Under the pieces are notes generated by a model. It was given only the letters and a program-made list of their open reading frames with translations, did no database searches and was not told the DNA's origin. Source: Dendrobates tinctorius (Eukaryota). Taken from it: a DNA stretch of 64,000 nucleotides. Shown here one piece after another: positions 50,901 to 62,894 of this stretch (positions within the stretch are counted from its first letter, which is position 1; each line of letters starts with the position of its first letter). The stretch is taken from positions 25,234,001-25,298,000 of the forward strand of contig NW_027361810.1 in NCBI RefSeq assembly GCF_039654945.1, given 5' to 3'. The translations under genes were made by a program, and so were the position numbers.

Positions 50901-53900
50901 AAACTGAAAATGTGCTTATATCCATCTATGAAGGCTCGACTCCTAGATGAGAAAAAGCGGATCACAACGCTCCGCAGCCCAATAGGGAATGAATGGAGCG
51001 GTGAACAGGCTTTTGAATCGCTGCTCCATTCTGACCAGCATTTGGACACCCTCCAATCAAGCAGCTATCGCCTGTCCTGTGGATAGACCGGTGATCCTGC
51101 TAACTAACGGCCATGGGGTGAAAAAGTAGGGGAGCAGAGGACCCTTGTTATCTATCACCATTGTAATTAATTGTGATGAGTGAACGTGCTCGGATAAGGT
51201 GTGATATGAGCATGCTCGGGTGCTAAGCAAGTGTCTTCAGCGTGCTCGAATAATATGTTCGTGTCCCCGCGCTTGCATGTCTCGACAACAGGGATTGCCT
51301 AACAAAGAGGCAATCCCTGCATGTGTTGCGGATGCAGGCGTGGGGACGCAAACATATTTTTCGAGCACGCCGAAGACACTCGGTTAACACCCGAGCATGC
51401 TCATATAACACTTTATCCCAGCACGTTCGCTCATCACTAATAACTAAGGATTTGTAAAAACCAGAAAACCTCTTTATGTTTGGAACCACTGGAATGATAA
51501 TTCAACTGGTTGAAAAATTGCATATAAAAAAAAAAAAATCTAATTACTCCAACTGCAGAGATAAGACGAGGGCGTCCAGGGGCAGAGTCTCTCCTGGGTA
51601 AGTTTTCACTACGGAGATCAATTCCAGAGTAAACACAATACACTGCCGAGAGCAAACAATGAATCATTCATACTACGGACCAAGCGACACACGGGAATCC
51701 TGCTGACTACGGGGCACGTGGTGGCACATGCACGACAAATCCTTATCAGGAAATGTCGTCCTCCAAGCCAAGAAATAAAACACATCAACGTTAACCCCCT
51801 TATTTTTTTTCTGTCTACATTGGCGAACGAGGACTTGTGAGGTTTTTGGGTTTTTTTTCACGAGACGAGTTGTAGTTTTTGGATGAGACCGTTCACGCTT
51901 TCCCAACAGTGCTGTGAAAAAATGAAAAACATACAATTCCGCCGTCATCTTCTGTATTTCGTCTATGTGACTAGTCAGATCAGTAGAATTAGGAGGAGAT
52001 CAGACATTTAATCATTTTTTTTTACTTTTTAAATATTTTGAAAAAATTTGGTTTGTTTTTGACATTTTCTAAAACCCACAACTTTAGGTCGACAGGATGT
52101 GGATTTTATTTGCGCCATTCTGGGGGTATATACGACGCTTTGATTATTTTGCATTGCATTTTTATTTGTAGGGGAGGGGGGTGCAGGGAGCAAAAAATAA
52201 AAGTGAAATTTAGGAGTTTTTTTTAATGGCGTTTACTTTATGGAATAATTAATTTTATGAGATCGGACCGGTCTCACACTGGTAACGCCTCCTTCCACAT
52301 GAAATAAGCTCTGGAGGCAGATTTTCAGGAAGATCTATGTCCGAACCATAGATCTTAAAAGCCCATTTACATATTTTTATTTAAATTTTTTTTAAATGTG
52401 GATTTCTATGGAATAAGACGTCGGATCGCAGATATCAAGGTATCAAGTTACTCAATGTCCTATGACCTGCACGGCCAATATAGACGGCTTAGGAGCGATG
52501 ATGCTACTGGCAGCTTCCCTTTAAGTTCAATGCTCTATCACCATAGTTGGGGTCCAGGCTACCTGTATTAGGACCATGTTCACACACACACAGTTTTGAT
52601 GCTTTTTTTTTTTCTCTTTTTAAAGGCAATATCAGGATAGTGCATGAAAATATGGAAAACTGCATATAAGTAGCCCAAAACTGAGTGCTAAAACACAGCC
52701 AAAATTCATTAGCTGATGACACATAGTGCCCACCTTCGTAGCCGATTCAGCTATTGCCGTATATGCACTTGGCATCCGACAATCCCTTTAAGCCGTGAAC
52801 ACAGCGGTGATTCCGGATGGTAAGATGCAAAATAATTACCGTTTCACAAAACCGCAATTATACACTGTTGCCGAGTACGAGAATTAATCCAAAAGGTGCA
52901 AACTGAAAAGAACTAGCTGCATACACGCCAACAAGGTCCAATAGAAAGAGATGGAGAAGGGTTAATAACATGCTCGTGTCCCCGCATACCAGCCACAGCA
53001 CATACAGGGAAGGCCTAACAAACAGGAAATCCCATGTGTTGCGGCTGTCGATCAACCGTTGCAAGACAAAGCCGCGGGGACTCGAGTACACCAAAGTCAC
53101 CCGGTTAGCACCCGAGCATATAACACCTTATCGGAGCACGTTTGCGCATCACTACTCCTTAGGCCACGTGCTCATGGGATTTGCTGCGTTTCTGATATTG
53201 CACATTTTCTGGACCTATTATGAAACTTCGGTTACTTGCGGGGTTTTTTTTCCCACTTTTTTTGTCTCGTTGGGTGTGTCACGTTTTAATTAAAGCCATT
53301 TTGTTTTATACTTTCTGGTAAACTTTATTGATGGAGTCAGGTGCGGATTATATGCGCTTTTAGTGCGTTTTCCACAGCTTTAGCGCAATTCTATGGGGAA
53401 AATATGCACATGAAACTCAGCGTACCCGTAAGAAAAAAAAATCACGTGTGGCCAATTCGAAATACACAGAGTGAAAAAACGCACCAAAACTTATAGTGGA
53501 AACCTAACCTAAAAGCGGTTGTCCACCTCTTGGAATAATTTTTTTTTTTTTTTTTTTTTAACTTGAATGCATGTATTTGCGGATAAAAATCATTTTTGCA
53601 TTTTGCACCAGGCTCTTTGTTCCCTGTGCATTTCATTTTGATGTGGTCATAAATCAACTGAGAAATCGGGGACGGCTCCAGGCTCACAGAAAAACAAAAC
53701 AGGGCTCTGGAGTCAGTAAGATTAAACCTCCACATCCACAGCACTGCCCCCTACTGAGCATGTGCATAAAGTGCAGCACAGATTCATCTCAACTAAAAGC
53801 CCAGATCCTGAGATCAGGAACAGAACAGACATTTAGAGGACATTTCATAACTTCCCCAAATTATTATGACAAAATATTCAGCACATCCTGCATTGATTGT

Positions 53901-56243
53901 ACTACTGAACTCAATCTATTATACAGTGGGGGAAATAAGTATTTTATCCACTGCCGATTTAGCACGTTTCCCACCTACAACGAATGGAGAGGCCTGTAAT
54001 TTTTATCGCAGGTTCACTTCACCTGTGAGAGACAGAATCTAAAAATAAAAAACAGAGAATCACATTGTATGATTTTTAAATAATTAAATTGCTTTTTATT
54101 GCATGAAATAAGTATTTGGTCACCTACCAACCAGGAAGAATTCCGGCTCTCACAGAGAGGTTCGTTTTTCTTTAAGAAGCCTCCTATTCTGCACTCATTA
54201 CCTCTTATTGTTTGCACCTGTATAAAAGACACCTGTCCACACACTCAATTACACTCCAACCTCCCCACCAAGGCCAAGACCAAAGAACTATCTAAGAACA
54301 CCGGTTACAAAATTGGAGATCTGCAAAAAGCTAGGATGGGCTACAGGACAATAGGCAAGCAGCTTGGTGAGAAGGCAACAGCTGTTGTCACAATTATTAC
54401 AAAATGGGAGAAGCACAAGATGACTGTCAATCTTCCTTGGACTGGGGCTCCAGGCAAGGTCTCGCCTCGTGTGGTAAAGAGGATTCTGAGAAAGGTCAGG
54501 AATCAGCCCAGAACTACATGGGAAGACCTGGTCAATGATCTGGTAACTGGGATCTGTTACCTGACTCCATAGGGTAATTGTAAATATGCAGCATTGGAAC
54601 CACAAAACTTCACTTTTACTATAAGTTAAAATTGCTCACAAAAACAGACAAAGCATCAATAAAGTTAAAAAAACTTGACAAAGCAATAATAACTGCCCAT
54701 GACCACAACAGTGCAAAATAAAAAAGATTAAGATAGACCTCATCCGGTCCTGTAGAGATCGAAACCCAAGGACCACTCTGGAGGAGAAAGGGGTATCTGG
54801 TCCCTATTGTACCCTGTCAAGCCCCAAGTGAGTGGCTCCCGCCCTAACAAGCGCAGTACCCAAGTACCTTACAGATGAAACGAAAACAGAACTTCTTGGT
54901 ATTAACTCCACTCGCCGTGTTTGGACGTAGAAGAAGGATGAGTACAACCCCAAGAACACCGACCCAACCGTGAAACATGGTGGGAGGAAACCTCATACTT
55001 TCGGGGTGCTTTTCTGCAAATGGGACAGGACGACTGCTCTGTATTGAAGGGAAGATAGATGGGGTCATGCATGTATCGAGAGATTTTGGCCAACAACCTC
55101 CTTCCCTCAGTAAGAGCATTGAAGATGGGTCGTGGTTGGGTCTTCCAGCATGACAATGACCCGAAACACACAGCCAGGGCAACTAAGGAGTGGCTCCGTA
55201 AGAAGCATTTCAAGGTCCTGGAGTGGCCTAGCCTGTCTCCAGACCTCAACCCAATAGAAAATCATTTGCGTTTCCCCTCTTTTCTCATTGTTGCTCCCTG
55301 GAGGAAGTTCAGGTCCCTGAATTTGACATCAGAACTGTGTTTTTTTGGCTGAGGTTAGTAGGAAACTGAACCTGTACTTCTTGTTTATTTCTGCTGGAAC
55401 CACATCACAAAGCGCTGTCTGTTTTTTTTTTTTCTATTGCATAAATCAGCTAAGAGAAGCTCAGCTAAGAGAAGAATGAGTCATAAACTCCCAGTCAGAA
55501 TGATCTCACTGATAGATACTCAGATAACTCATTCTGCAGCCTGCAATGAACAATACATCACAGAGGGTATAGAAGGCAAACGGTGCAAAATTGCAAATTA
55601 AACCCAACTGCACAATTAGGCCGAGTGCAGGCGATCTGGAAGTAGCAGCGCTTTGGAAGCAGAGCGTGTTCGCTGCATCCGAAGTGCTGCCGTCTATTGA
55701 ACGTAGGTGAATCTGCATGTGAATCCATGCGGATTCACAGCGTCCAATACATTCTATGGGTGAGACTTGCAAGAGAAATGGACGTGCTGCGGTCTAGAAA
55801 GACGCACCGCATGTCTGCCTCCGAGGGTGAATGCTGACTCATGGTGGGCATAGGAGTTCTAGAAATCCCATCCACTATGCTGTAACAGCTGGACGCTGCA
55901 CAAGTACACAGCGTCTAACCCGCAGCGTCCACTGATTGTGTGCATATGTCCTTATAAGTAAAAAAAACACATGTGTTTAAGAAAAACAACAACGCTTGAA
56001 GGTGCACAACCCCTTTAAATGGAAAAAAGAAAAAGAGTGTAATAGCCCTGAGGTGGAGAATCACATTACCAGCTCGTTCTTACTGCACAATGAAAGCTGG
56101 AAATCATTTTGGAGGGAGGGAAGGGGTTAAATATGACGCTAGATAAAGTATTCTATGGGGGCATGATGGGAGTTGTAGTTCTACGCCGCTGCCTTACCCT
56201 GGTGGCTGAACAGCCTCCATATTTTGGTGAATAGGATTCCCAT
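41950..56243 (-). CDS. ARL5A: ADP-ribosylation factor-like GTPase 5A, 6 coding exons, 179 aa: join(56243-56198, 50565-50505, 49738-49591, 43830-43747, 43220-43069, 41998-41950)
   Basis: Exons of 46+61+148+84+152+49 = 540 nt in one open frame: [31 protein letters not shown]...WDIGGQ...NKQD...[22 protein letters not shown]. Residues match ARL5A rather than ARL5B. Confidence 0.97.
43069..43220 (-). CDS. ARL5A: ARL5A exon 5 ([15 protein letters not shown]...CALTGEG)
   Basis: aag|GACCTA...GAGGG|gtgag; G4 NKQD and G5 CAL motifs. Confidence 0.95.
43747..43830 (-). CDS. ARL5A: ARL5A exon 4 ([28 protein letters not shown])
   Basis: cctgcag|TTTGTG...CATGAG|gtgagt. Confidence 0.96.
44593..46314 (-). 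CDS. DIRS tyrosine recombinase ORF (true start probably internal)
   Basis: SARRVGD (R), AHSTR (HxxR), W, HY (Y) catalytic residues; overlaps pol in another frame. Confidence 0.92.
   Translation of the reverse strand: MRVLIQFKRTDCSVLCFIQLPSAAPTEACQDPIGQHHHSGLYKQTRRNSIRDSDVFSGKNFKLSRKLFFVPLGPSYQRREQSKGRLPKPTHSTARRVVPQSEGLQGHSSPMGTTRGGPFRHKGEQADKNICLPISIRSPRHTRRPSSSMEFQPGVCVPSIDPPTSSNSEDQRRQSKDNLNSTVLAKKTVVFVAANYVNNRSLGPSFDSQPTLPRPLFPPSSGQLALDGVEFERQLLRTRGFSESLITTLLQSRKQSTTQIYTRIWKKFLQFHTVPHTAEIPIIPILEFLQKGKDLGLAVNTLRVQISALGALYGHNIAGNKWITRFITACERIAPIHIPSVPTWDLNLVLDALTVDPFEPIDTIPFKYLALKMALLVALTSARRVGDIQALSIDPPFFQEYQDRLVLKQDPAYLPKVATKYHRSQEILLPTFYKNPSTPEEQKFHTLDVKRTVLKYIERSNSWRQSRALFVSFQGCKKGYGVTKSTISRWIREAIRLAYFAKNEDPPGNIRAHSTRAMATSWAEKGDVPIETICKAAVWSSPSTFYNHYRLDLSSTSDLSFGRTVLGTVVPPR
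45606..47657 (-). CDS. DIRS pol: reverse transcriptase, RNase H and DNA methyltransferase-like domain; uninterrupted
   Basis: [49 protein letters not shown]. Confidence 0.95.
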   Translation of the reverse strand: MILPFRFIGKPLRDGHSGEEDSRTERIDGPRKTKSRRVPSSEGQHIGEIKIKSLNPPVGGRLKFFVTKWEQITLSPWILNIIKEGIKIEFLQIPYEFFVITRLNSSVQQKALEDEIRVLLAKNVLVDVPEEQQGRGFYSPLFLVPKPDGTFRTIINLKKLNSFIKNYNFKMESIRSTIKLLFPNCVMAGIDLKDAYYHLPIHNRFQKYLRVAVEVEGRIRHFQYAAMPFGLSTAPRIFTKVMAEVMAYLRQKDTLIVPYLDDFLIIGNSVKQCTERVTDTISSFQSLGWIINIQKSRLDPQSLQTFLGFQLDSLTQRCLLPQVKITLMKQKIRAAIDRPRVSLRGAMSLLGSLNSCTPAVRWAQYHVRTLQHQILQEDKRHSGHLQSKITLSQEVLTSLEWWLDDDHLCSGVPWVIVPSCIVTTDASPQGWGAHMENGFHQGRWNREECEYSSNLKELTAVFYALYNFLPQLQQKHVRILSDNTTTVAYINRQGGTRSETLMSSAARILNLAENYFLSLSALHIRGESNQKADFLSRHTLRQGEWCLNQKVFRDIVALWGQPEVDLFATKENRQIKTFASLSPSDHPDILDALLAPWNFNLAYAFPPLILLPQVIRKIRDDKARIILIAPFWPKRPWFSWLQIMSITDPWVLPSTPNLLSQGPFFHPQVVSLHLTAWNLRGSY
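47503..48721 (-). CDS. DIRS gag-like ORF1 main exon (CxxC...CxxC N-terminus); single frameshift in an A-run near 48295
   Basis: [15 protein letters not shown]...LCKQC continues into ORF 48260-48628, then ORF 47503-48354 (W..PKVD..., DPLDRK, RRALW..W..D..SK, GEFLFG..LD). Confidence 0.75.
49591..49738 (-). CDS. ARL5A: ARL5A exon 3 ([17 protein letters not shown]...WDIGGQ...YTNTE)
   Basis: ttttttcag|TTCCATG...ACAGAG|gtaag; switch I and II motifs. Confidence 0.97.
50505..50565 (-). CDS. ARL5A: ARL5A exon 2 ([19 protein letters not shown])
   Basis: tttcag|AGCAC...CAGTT|gtaagt; P-loop. Confidence 0.96.
53924..55266 (+). mobile_element. Degraded Tc1 element (3'-truncated, unrelated sequence at about 54545-54870) in ARL5A intron 1
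   Basis: TA|cagtggggga TIR; [16 protein letters not shown]; [22 protein letters not shown]. Confidence 0.85.
56161..56181 (-). promoter_or_regulatory. ZNF143/THAP11-type motif ACTACAAnTCCCA just inside ARL5A intron 1
   Basis: Reverse complement AACTACAACTCCCATCATGC, about 20 bp from the exon 1 donor. Confidence 0.55.
56198..56243 (-). CDS. ARL5A: ARL5A exon 1 coding part ([15 protein letters not shown]; myristoylation Gly2)
   Basis: agaATGGGAATC...CACCAGG|gtaag. Confidence 0.96.
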
Positions 56244-56560
56244 TCTAGGACGTTCTCCTGTCGGCGGCACCAGGCGACTACAGGCCGCTTTACATCACGG
56301 GCCGCTCTCCCACGGGCATGTCTCGGTCACTAGACGCTTCCCACAGCCGCCATATCCACAGCTGGAATCAGCCACTAACACCCCGACTCTTTCATCTGAC
56401 ACATAGCTCGTCGCACAGCTAATGACGTCAGCAGGGAGCGACCAGGACAGGATATTAACCGTCACTATGTCCTCGATGCAGCAGCCATTTTTCTGTCGTC
56501 CGTCGCGTAGCCTTTCATGATAAATTGGTCTTTGACAAAATGGCTGCCCCCGTTCTACTT
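56244..56560 (-). promoter_or_regulatory. ARL5A: ARL5A 5'UTR and promoter
   Basis: Locally CpG-enriched; palindromic CRE TGACGTCA at 56423-56430; two oppositely oriented YY1 motifs (gcagccatttt about 56481, caaaatggctgc about 56536). Confidence 0.6.
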
Positions 56561-57107
56561 CTACAGCGTTAGAGGAGACATAACGATTAGCATGAAAATA
56601 ACAAGAGAAGAATTATTGCAGATTAATTGTAGGATATAAGGTAATTACCGACTGTTAATGACATTGTCGTATTCACTTGTTAAAATAAATGGGCAAATGA
56701 AAAGTAAATGTAGATGTGTTACCCTTAGTAACCAATCAGAATCTAGCTGCTATTTTTACTAGCTGCGTGAGAAAATGAAAGCTGTGATCTGATTGGTTGC
56801 TATGGCTGTGACAGAAAACTGCAACAAGAATGGCAGAAAAAAAACGTGGCAGCCTGTGGCTCATTGCCGACGCTCCTGTGTTTCAAGTAAGAGGTAATGA
56901 CTTCAAATCCTGGGACGTACCACATTAAAAAAAAAAACAAATATAAAATTAACTATAAATAAAACCTGAGAAGTGCAGTATATAGGGCAGTTCTTTCCTC
57001 AACACTATGAGAAGGAGAAACTACAGAGGGAGAAGTGGAACAACAACATCTGAGCAACCTGTAGAGGAACTGGGCCTCTTCCCCCACAGGCCCCTGTGCA
57101 GCTGAAC

Positions 57108-58078
57108 TGGATGCTTCATGCAGATTGTTTCTCCATTTAACACAGTAAAATATCGATATTTGCAGATGATGCAAAACTATGTAAAGCAGTCAGTACAAGA
57201 GAAGATAGTATTCTGCTACAGATGGATCTGGATAAGTTGGGAACTTGGGCGGAAAGGTGGCAGATGCAGTTTAACAATGATAAATGTAAGGTTATACACA
57301 TGGGAAGAAGGAATCAATATGACCATTACACACTGAACGGGAAACCACTTGGTAAATCTGACATGGAGAAGGACTTGGAGATTCTAGCTAATGATAAACT
57401 TACCTGGAGCAGCCAGCGCCAGGCAGCGGCTGCCAAGGCAAACAGGATCATGGGGTGCATTAAAAGAGGTCTGGATACACATGATGAGAGCATTATACTG
57501 CCTCTGTACAAATCCCTGGTTAGACCGCACATGGAGTACTGTGTACAGTTTTGGGCACCGGTGCTCAGGAAGGATATAATGGAACTAGAGCGGGTATAAA
57601 GGAGAACAAAAAAAAATAATAAAGGGGATGGAGGAACTACGAAACCCAGAGAGACTAGAAAAATTAGGATTATTTAGTCTAGAAAAAAGACGACTGAGGG
57701 GTGATCTAATAACCATGTATAAGTATATAAGGGGACAATACAAATATCTCTCCGAGGATCTGTTTATACCAAGGAAGGTGACGGTCACAAGGGGGCATTC
57801 TCTGCTTCTGGAGGAGAAAAGGTTTTTCCACCAACATAGAAGAGGATTCTTTACTGTTAGGGCAGTGAGAATCTGGAATTCCCTGCCTGAGGAGGTGGTG
57901 ATGGCGAACTCAGTCAAGGGGTTCAAGAGAGGCCTGGATGTCTTCCTGGAGCGTAACAACATTGTATCTTACAGTTATTAGGTTCTTTAAAAGGACGAAG
58001 ATCTGGGGATTTATTCTGATGGAATATAGGCTGAAACTGGATGGACAAATGTCTTTTTTCGACCTTGCTAACTATGCA
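57108..58078 (+). mobile_element. 5'-truncated CR1 LINE
   Basis: FADDAKL region, W..RWQMQFNNDKCK, LYKSLVRPHMEYC, RRLRGDLI, TRGH, WNSLP; frameshift at the A-run near 57608. Confidence 0.93.
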
Positions 58079-58234
58079 ACAGAAGGCTGCATTCATTTTT
58101 TCAGTGTTTTTTCCCTTTTTTTAATCAACATATGGAATTTTTTTTATGTTGATGATCGGACCACCCGCGTTCAGGAAGTTATATCCAATGAAATAAATAG
58201 GGGAAAACTTGCATTCTTGATACAAATCATTTAA

Positions 58235-58596
58235 AGGGTTTGTCCACTTCTGGGGATTTTTTCTTTAACTTAAATGTATGTATTTGGGGCTACAAATCAT
58301 AATTGCAACTGGCTGTCATCGACACTTTTGCACCGTTTGGCTTTTACAGGCTCCTTGTTTCCCTGCTCTGAAAAATATTATAAAAAAAAAAAAAGTGTGA
58401 ATCTCCCCATCAGAACGAGCTCACTGTCAGATTCTTAATCCATTCTGTAGCCGGCTATAGACAGTGCAACGCAGAGGCCATAGAAGGAAAATGGTGTCAA
58501 ATTTTTAATGAAATCCAATCACAAAAATAATTTTTAGCCAAAAATACAGGCATTTAAGTCAGAGAAAAATATGTCCCCAAAGAAGAACAACCCTAT
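58235..58596. mobile_element. T2-type MITE (decayed)
   Basis: ttaa|agggtttgtccact ... gaacaaccct(a)|ttaa with inverted arms. Confidence 0.6.
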
Positions 58597-59021
58597 TAAG
58601 GCACCTATACATAACAGATAAAAGTCCGTTCACCATATAATGTGAATAGGAGTCTCTTGATTATCCCCAACAGATGTCGGGGGAGAGAAGAATTGGGCTG
58701 CAAAAAATAAAAGTAACCAGCTCACCTGCTTTCTTGGCTAGTAGTGGTGCATGGAAGCTCGGATATTTCGTGAAGCCACACGTGGAGTAAATCAATAATG
58801 AAAAAGTTTCCAGCTTCCAAATATACAAAAATTTATTCAAGGCATAAGAACAAGGATAAACGGACATGCCCCATCATAGAGGAAAGACACAGCAACGCGT
58901 ATCGAACAATATGTTTTTTTTCAAGCTTGAAATTTTTTTTTTTTATGCCTTGAATAAATTTTTGTATATTTGGAAGCTGGAAACCTTTTCATTATAGAAG
59001 AATTGGGTTGATTGAAGTCAA

Positions 59022-59398
59022 CCTGCAGGTGATAAGCCCCCTTCATCCCTTCCCGCAGGAGATAAACCCCCCTCATCCCTTCCCGCAGGTGATAAACCTC
59101 CTTCACCCTTCCCGCAGGTGATAAACCCCCTTCATTCTTTCCTGCAGGTGATAAACCCCCTTCAACCCTTCCCGAAGGTGATAAACCCCCTTCATCCCTT
59201 CCCGCAGGCGATAAACACCCTTCATCCCTTCCCGCAGGTGATAAACCCCCTTCATCCCTCCCTGCAGGTGATAAACCTCCTTCATCTCTCCCTGCAGGTG
59301 ATAAACCCCCTTCATCCTTCATCCCTCCCCGCAAGTGATAAACCTCCTTCATCCCTTCACCCAGGTGATAAAACTACCTTCATCCTTTCCTGCAGGTG
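59022..59398. repeat. 30-bp minisatellite, about 12 copies
   Basis: Unit gcaggtgataaacccccttcatcccttccc. Confidence 0.93.
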
Positions 59399-60424
59399 AA
59401 AAGCTTCTTTAAAAAGCCATAACTTTTTTTTTTTTTTTTTTTACTATTTTTTTGTTGACATGTCAATATGAGGGCAAGTTTTATGCAAGACAACTATTTT
59501 TTTGTGATACCTTTAATTTTTTTTTCATGTACTGTAGAGAGAAAGATTCTAAGTGAGGTGAAATGGTGAAGAAAAGCGGCTCCGGCATTGTTTTTTTTTG
59601 TTTTACTTTTATGATGTTCACTGTATGGTAAAAATGACTCGGCAATGTTATTTCCCAGATCACAAAGATTACAAAGATACCAGACTTATACGTTCTGTAT
59701 TTTGGTGACCAGAAAAATGCCCTTGACTATGTTGTCATCTTTTGTTTTGAGAAATGAATGGCACTTTGAAGAGCGATGCAGTCGGCATCTCCAAGCCACC
59801 ACTGCGTTGATTGTATGAAATGCAAGATATTCAAACCCCAAGTAAATCATAACTTTGTTGTTCCACTGGCTAGAATACTTTAGATGAACTCAAAATACAC
59901 TTTTATTGAAAAGAAATTAAAAAATATGGGGATAGATCTATTAAAGTACATGCTTTAACTAACCAAAACACAATTGGCTGGCACCACAGGAAAGCTATTG
60001 TTCACTGGGGTTGTACCAAAAGGAATGACAGGATTGCCAATTTGAAACAATGGGGGTGGGGGAGCGCTGGAAGGAACATGTGAAATAATGTCAACAAGGA
60101 AAGCCCGGTGACTTCCATGGGCTCCATTGAAATACAATACAGCACAACACAGACAGCAAAGAAAATGCAGAATGGATTTCACCACAGGTCTCTGGGCCCA
60201 GCTTACTGGTCCGGGTTCTACAGGTTCGGTTCACTCATACCTAGTCCCAGAGGACAGATTCTGTTCTTACGAGCTGTCAGTCCACGCTCAGTGTGGTGTG
60301 TATGGGCCTAGAGACCCTGATTCCAATCCATTCTGCATTTTCTTTCATCCTATGCCTGCCTACACCTGCAATATATGTGTTATATGTGTATGATACATAA
60401 CTATGTAGGATCTGTTCACTCTTA

Positions 60425-60735
60425 GGCTATGTACCTTCCTAGAAAATGCGCGTTTTTGACGCAATTTTGGCACTTTTTTGCCGCAATTTTTTCCGGAGCG
60501 TCCCCAGTCTCATAGAATATAGTTAGAAATGCGGATTTTTCAGCGAATTTAATGAGCATGCTGTGCTTTTTACCGCGATGCGTTTTTTTCGCGGAAAAAA
60601 AACGCATCAATATGCACAAAAAGTGCGGAATTCATTCAAATGAATGGGATGCTTCTTGTTAGCGTTTTTTAAGCGTTTTTGCCGGTAAAAACGCTTAAAA
60701 AACGCGAAAAAAAGTGCTTACGTGTGCACACACTC
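60425..60735. mobile_element. Harbinger-type MITE (decayed); similar relics at about 37060-37350, 53160-53500 and 55620-55950
   Basis: tta|ggctatgt ... gtgtgcacacactc|taa; internal aaaacgc / gcgtttt motifs. Confidence 0.55.
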
Positions 60736-61429
60736 TAACTCTTGGTAGTCATAAGTGGACAGGGAAGGAAGTGCAGGCGCCAGTTTCACTGCCACTGAAA
60801 TCAATGGGATAGCGGCGCTGCTCTGGCACGTCCGGCTCCTGTGTTCGTCAGTGACATCACTATGGAGACACATGGCTCAATGGGTGCTCTTGTCTGCTGA
60901 CCTGGCTGTCTTTCGAGAGCCCGCAAAAACCAGGGCTCATCCCACTGAACGCCCGCACTCGATCTCCACCGGTAGAACATCACTCAGACAACACAGGGGG
61001 AGGGGAACACACATTGGTAAAACTATTGGTTCACCAACAGAAAAAAACACAGAGGTGCAACGACTGTTTTGAAGGCCACGAGCAGGCACGGGGGTACAGG
61101 TGCCTGCTTCTGCTGGATCTCCGTCCTCACTGAAGACGCAGATCCAGATGACATGCACAGTGTTGCAGAGACCCGTCGGGTCCCTGCACTGCAATACATG
61201 CTGCACTGCAACACATGCAGTGGCTGTGAGCTGACGTCGGAGGTGCAGCCACAGGGAGCAGCGCATGACAATGGCGCGCACACTCCGATGTTAGCTGCCG
61301 GGCTGTGCGGTGGATACAAAAGACACTGGGCGACATGGGAGCAGAGGAAAGGTGAGTAGAATGTTTTTGTTTTTAATTATGCATTAGGGGCAGAACGGGG
61401 ACACATACAGTAGGATTGGGGACCATGTA

Positions 61430-61603
61430 AACCAGAATGGGGACATATATACCAGGAAGTGGGCATATATACCAGGACGGAGACCATTTGGACCATACAT
61501 ACCAGGATGGGGACCATATATACCAGCATTGGGACATATACTGTATACCAGGATGCGGACATATTCACCAGGATGATGGGCATATATACCAGGATGGGGG
61601 ACA
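61430..61603. repeat. About 20-bp minisatellite
   Basis: Unit ggggacatatataccaggat, about 8 copies. Confidence 0.8.
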
Positions 61604-62628
61604 TTTTACTACATAATGAAAGGGGCAATTGATAAGTCTTTATAGAATTTAGAACACTACAGGGGCCCATACATCTGACCAACGCATGTGTGTGTGTGTG
61701 TGGGGGGGGCAGGTCCATATTTGGCACTGGGGCACATCGGACTCCAGTTACACCACTGCAAAAACATACATTCTCAGCAAGTACACAAGGTGGTACAAGT
61801 GGCAGAATTTCACCTTTCTGCTGTGCCTTCTGGGCTTCCAGGAACAACTATCTCTGCCAGCAGCTCCCTGCTTTTGGTGGGCTCCCATTGAGATGATAAT
61901 GTATTAGATGTGACCTGCAGTCCCATGTAACTCCACAGATAACTCAGTGATGCTTTTGTGAGTACTGATAGCAGTGATGGCTCCTCTGGATCACACTGCT
62001 TCTGGTTCTTCATGTGTTGCTGTTTTGGGCTGGTGGGAGGAGTAAGGCAGAATCGGTGAGAGATGAGAGCAGACTATCTATCTATTGCTGATAATGACAG
62101 ACTGCTACAAGCACAGATCTTCATTTTTGCAGTTTTGCACTAGATCAACTGTAAATCACATACCATGTGAACATTCTCACCTTGCACCTCAAAAATCATA
62201 GATCTTAAACTTTGTGATGCTGCAATTGGCAATTTTCCGTGTGGGCAATTTTCTTGTGGCCATTTTTCCTGTGAGCATTTTTCAGGGAACCCTGTATTTT
62301 ATGGTATATGTCCTACTGGCAACACATTTTTTTTTTTATTTTTGTAAAAACAATTGTGTAGCCAGTTTCTGACATTCATAATTTTTTTTATTTTTTACGA
62401 CTATGGCGCAGTGTTAGAGGCTTGTGTTTTTGCTTGCTTAGCTGTAATTTTTATTCATGCCATTTCGTGGTACAAATATCATTTGAATCGCTGATGTTGG
62501 CTTTCACTGCGCATGCACCGAATCATAACCCGCCCCAGACTCGGCTGTTTTTTGGTGTCTCTCGTTACTCCCGGGCGCAATCTCCAACATCATCAGCTCT
62601 TATCTAAAGAAGGCTTTACAGGGAGTCA

Positions 62629-62670
62629 CAGCCCCCCGAGGAAGCCCACGTGAAACACGCGTTGGAGCTG
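62629..62670 (+). ncRNA. Hammerhead-like motif in a Penelope-type relic
   Basis: cagcccc-CCGAGGA-agcccacgt-GAAAC-acGCGTT-ggagctg; 6 of 7 stem I pairs. Confidence 0.4.
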
Positions 62671-62894
62671 CCAGTTTCTGCATAGCCACATACAGGTTAC
62701 TGTGGGTGAGATATTTCTCTTTTATGTATGCCTTGTTTCTTTAAAATAACACTTCTCCAAGTCTCTTTAAGGATATATATATTCTCGTGGAGTGTCCAGT
62801 ATTTGTTCACTTTGGTGAGTTATCGGCATATATTGTCGCTATATAATGCTCTGTTTGGAGTATATTGGTGGAATGTGTTGTTTTAGCAGTGTAA

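Noticed and set aside
41950-56243. ARL5B assignment
   Set aside because: The N-terminus [35 protein letters not shown] and WMMSRLK match ARL5A, and the neighbouring NEB agrees.
58921-59399. Repetitive ORFs (EGGLSPAGRD)n, or a CRISPR-like array
   Set aside because: A plain tandem minisatellite with no unique spacers, in a eukaryotic context.
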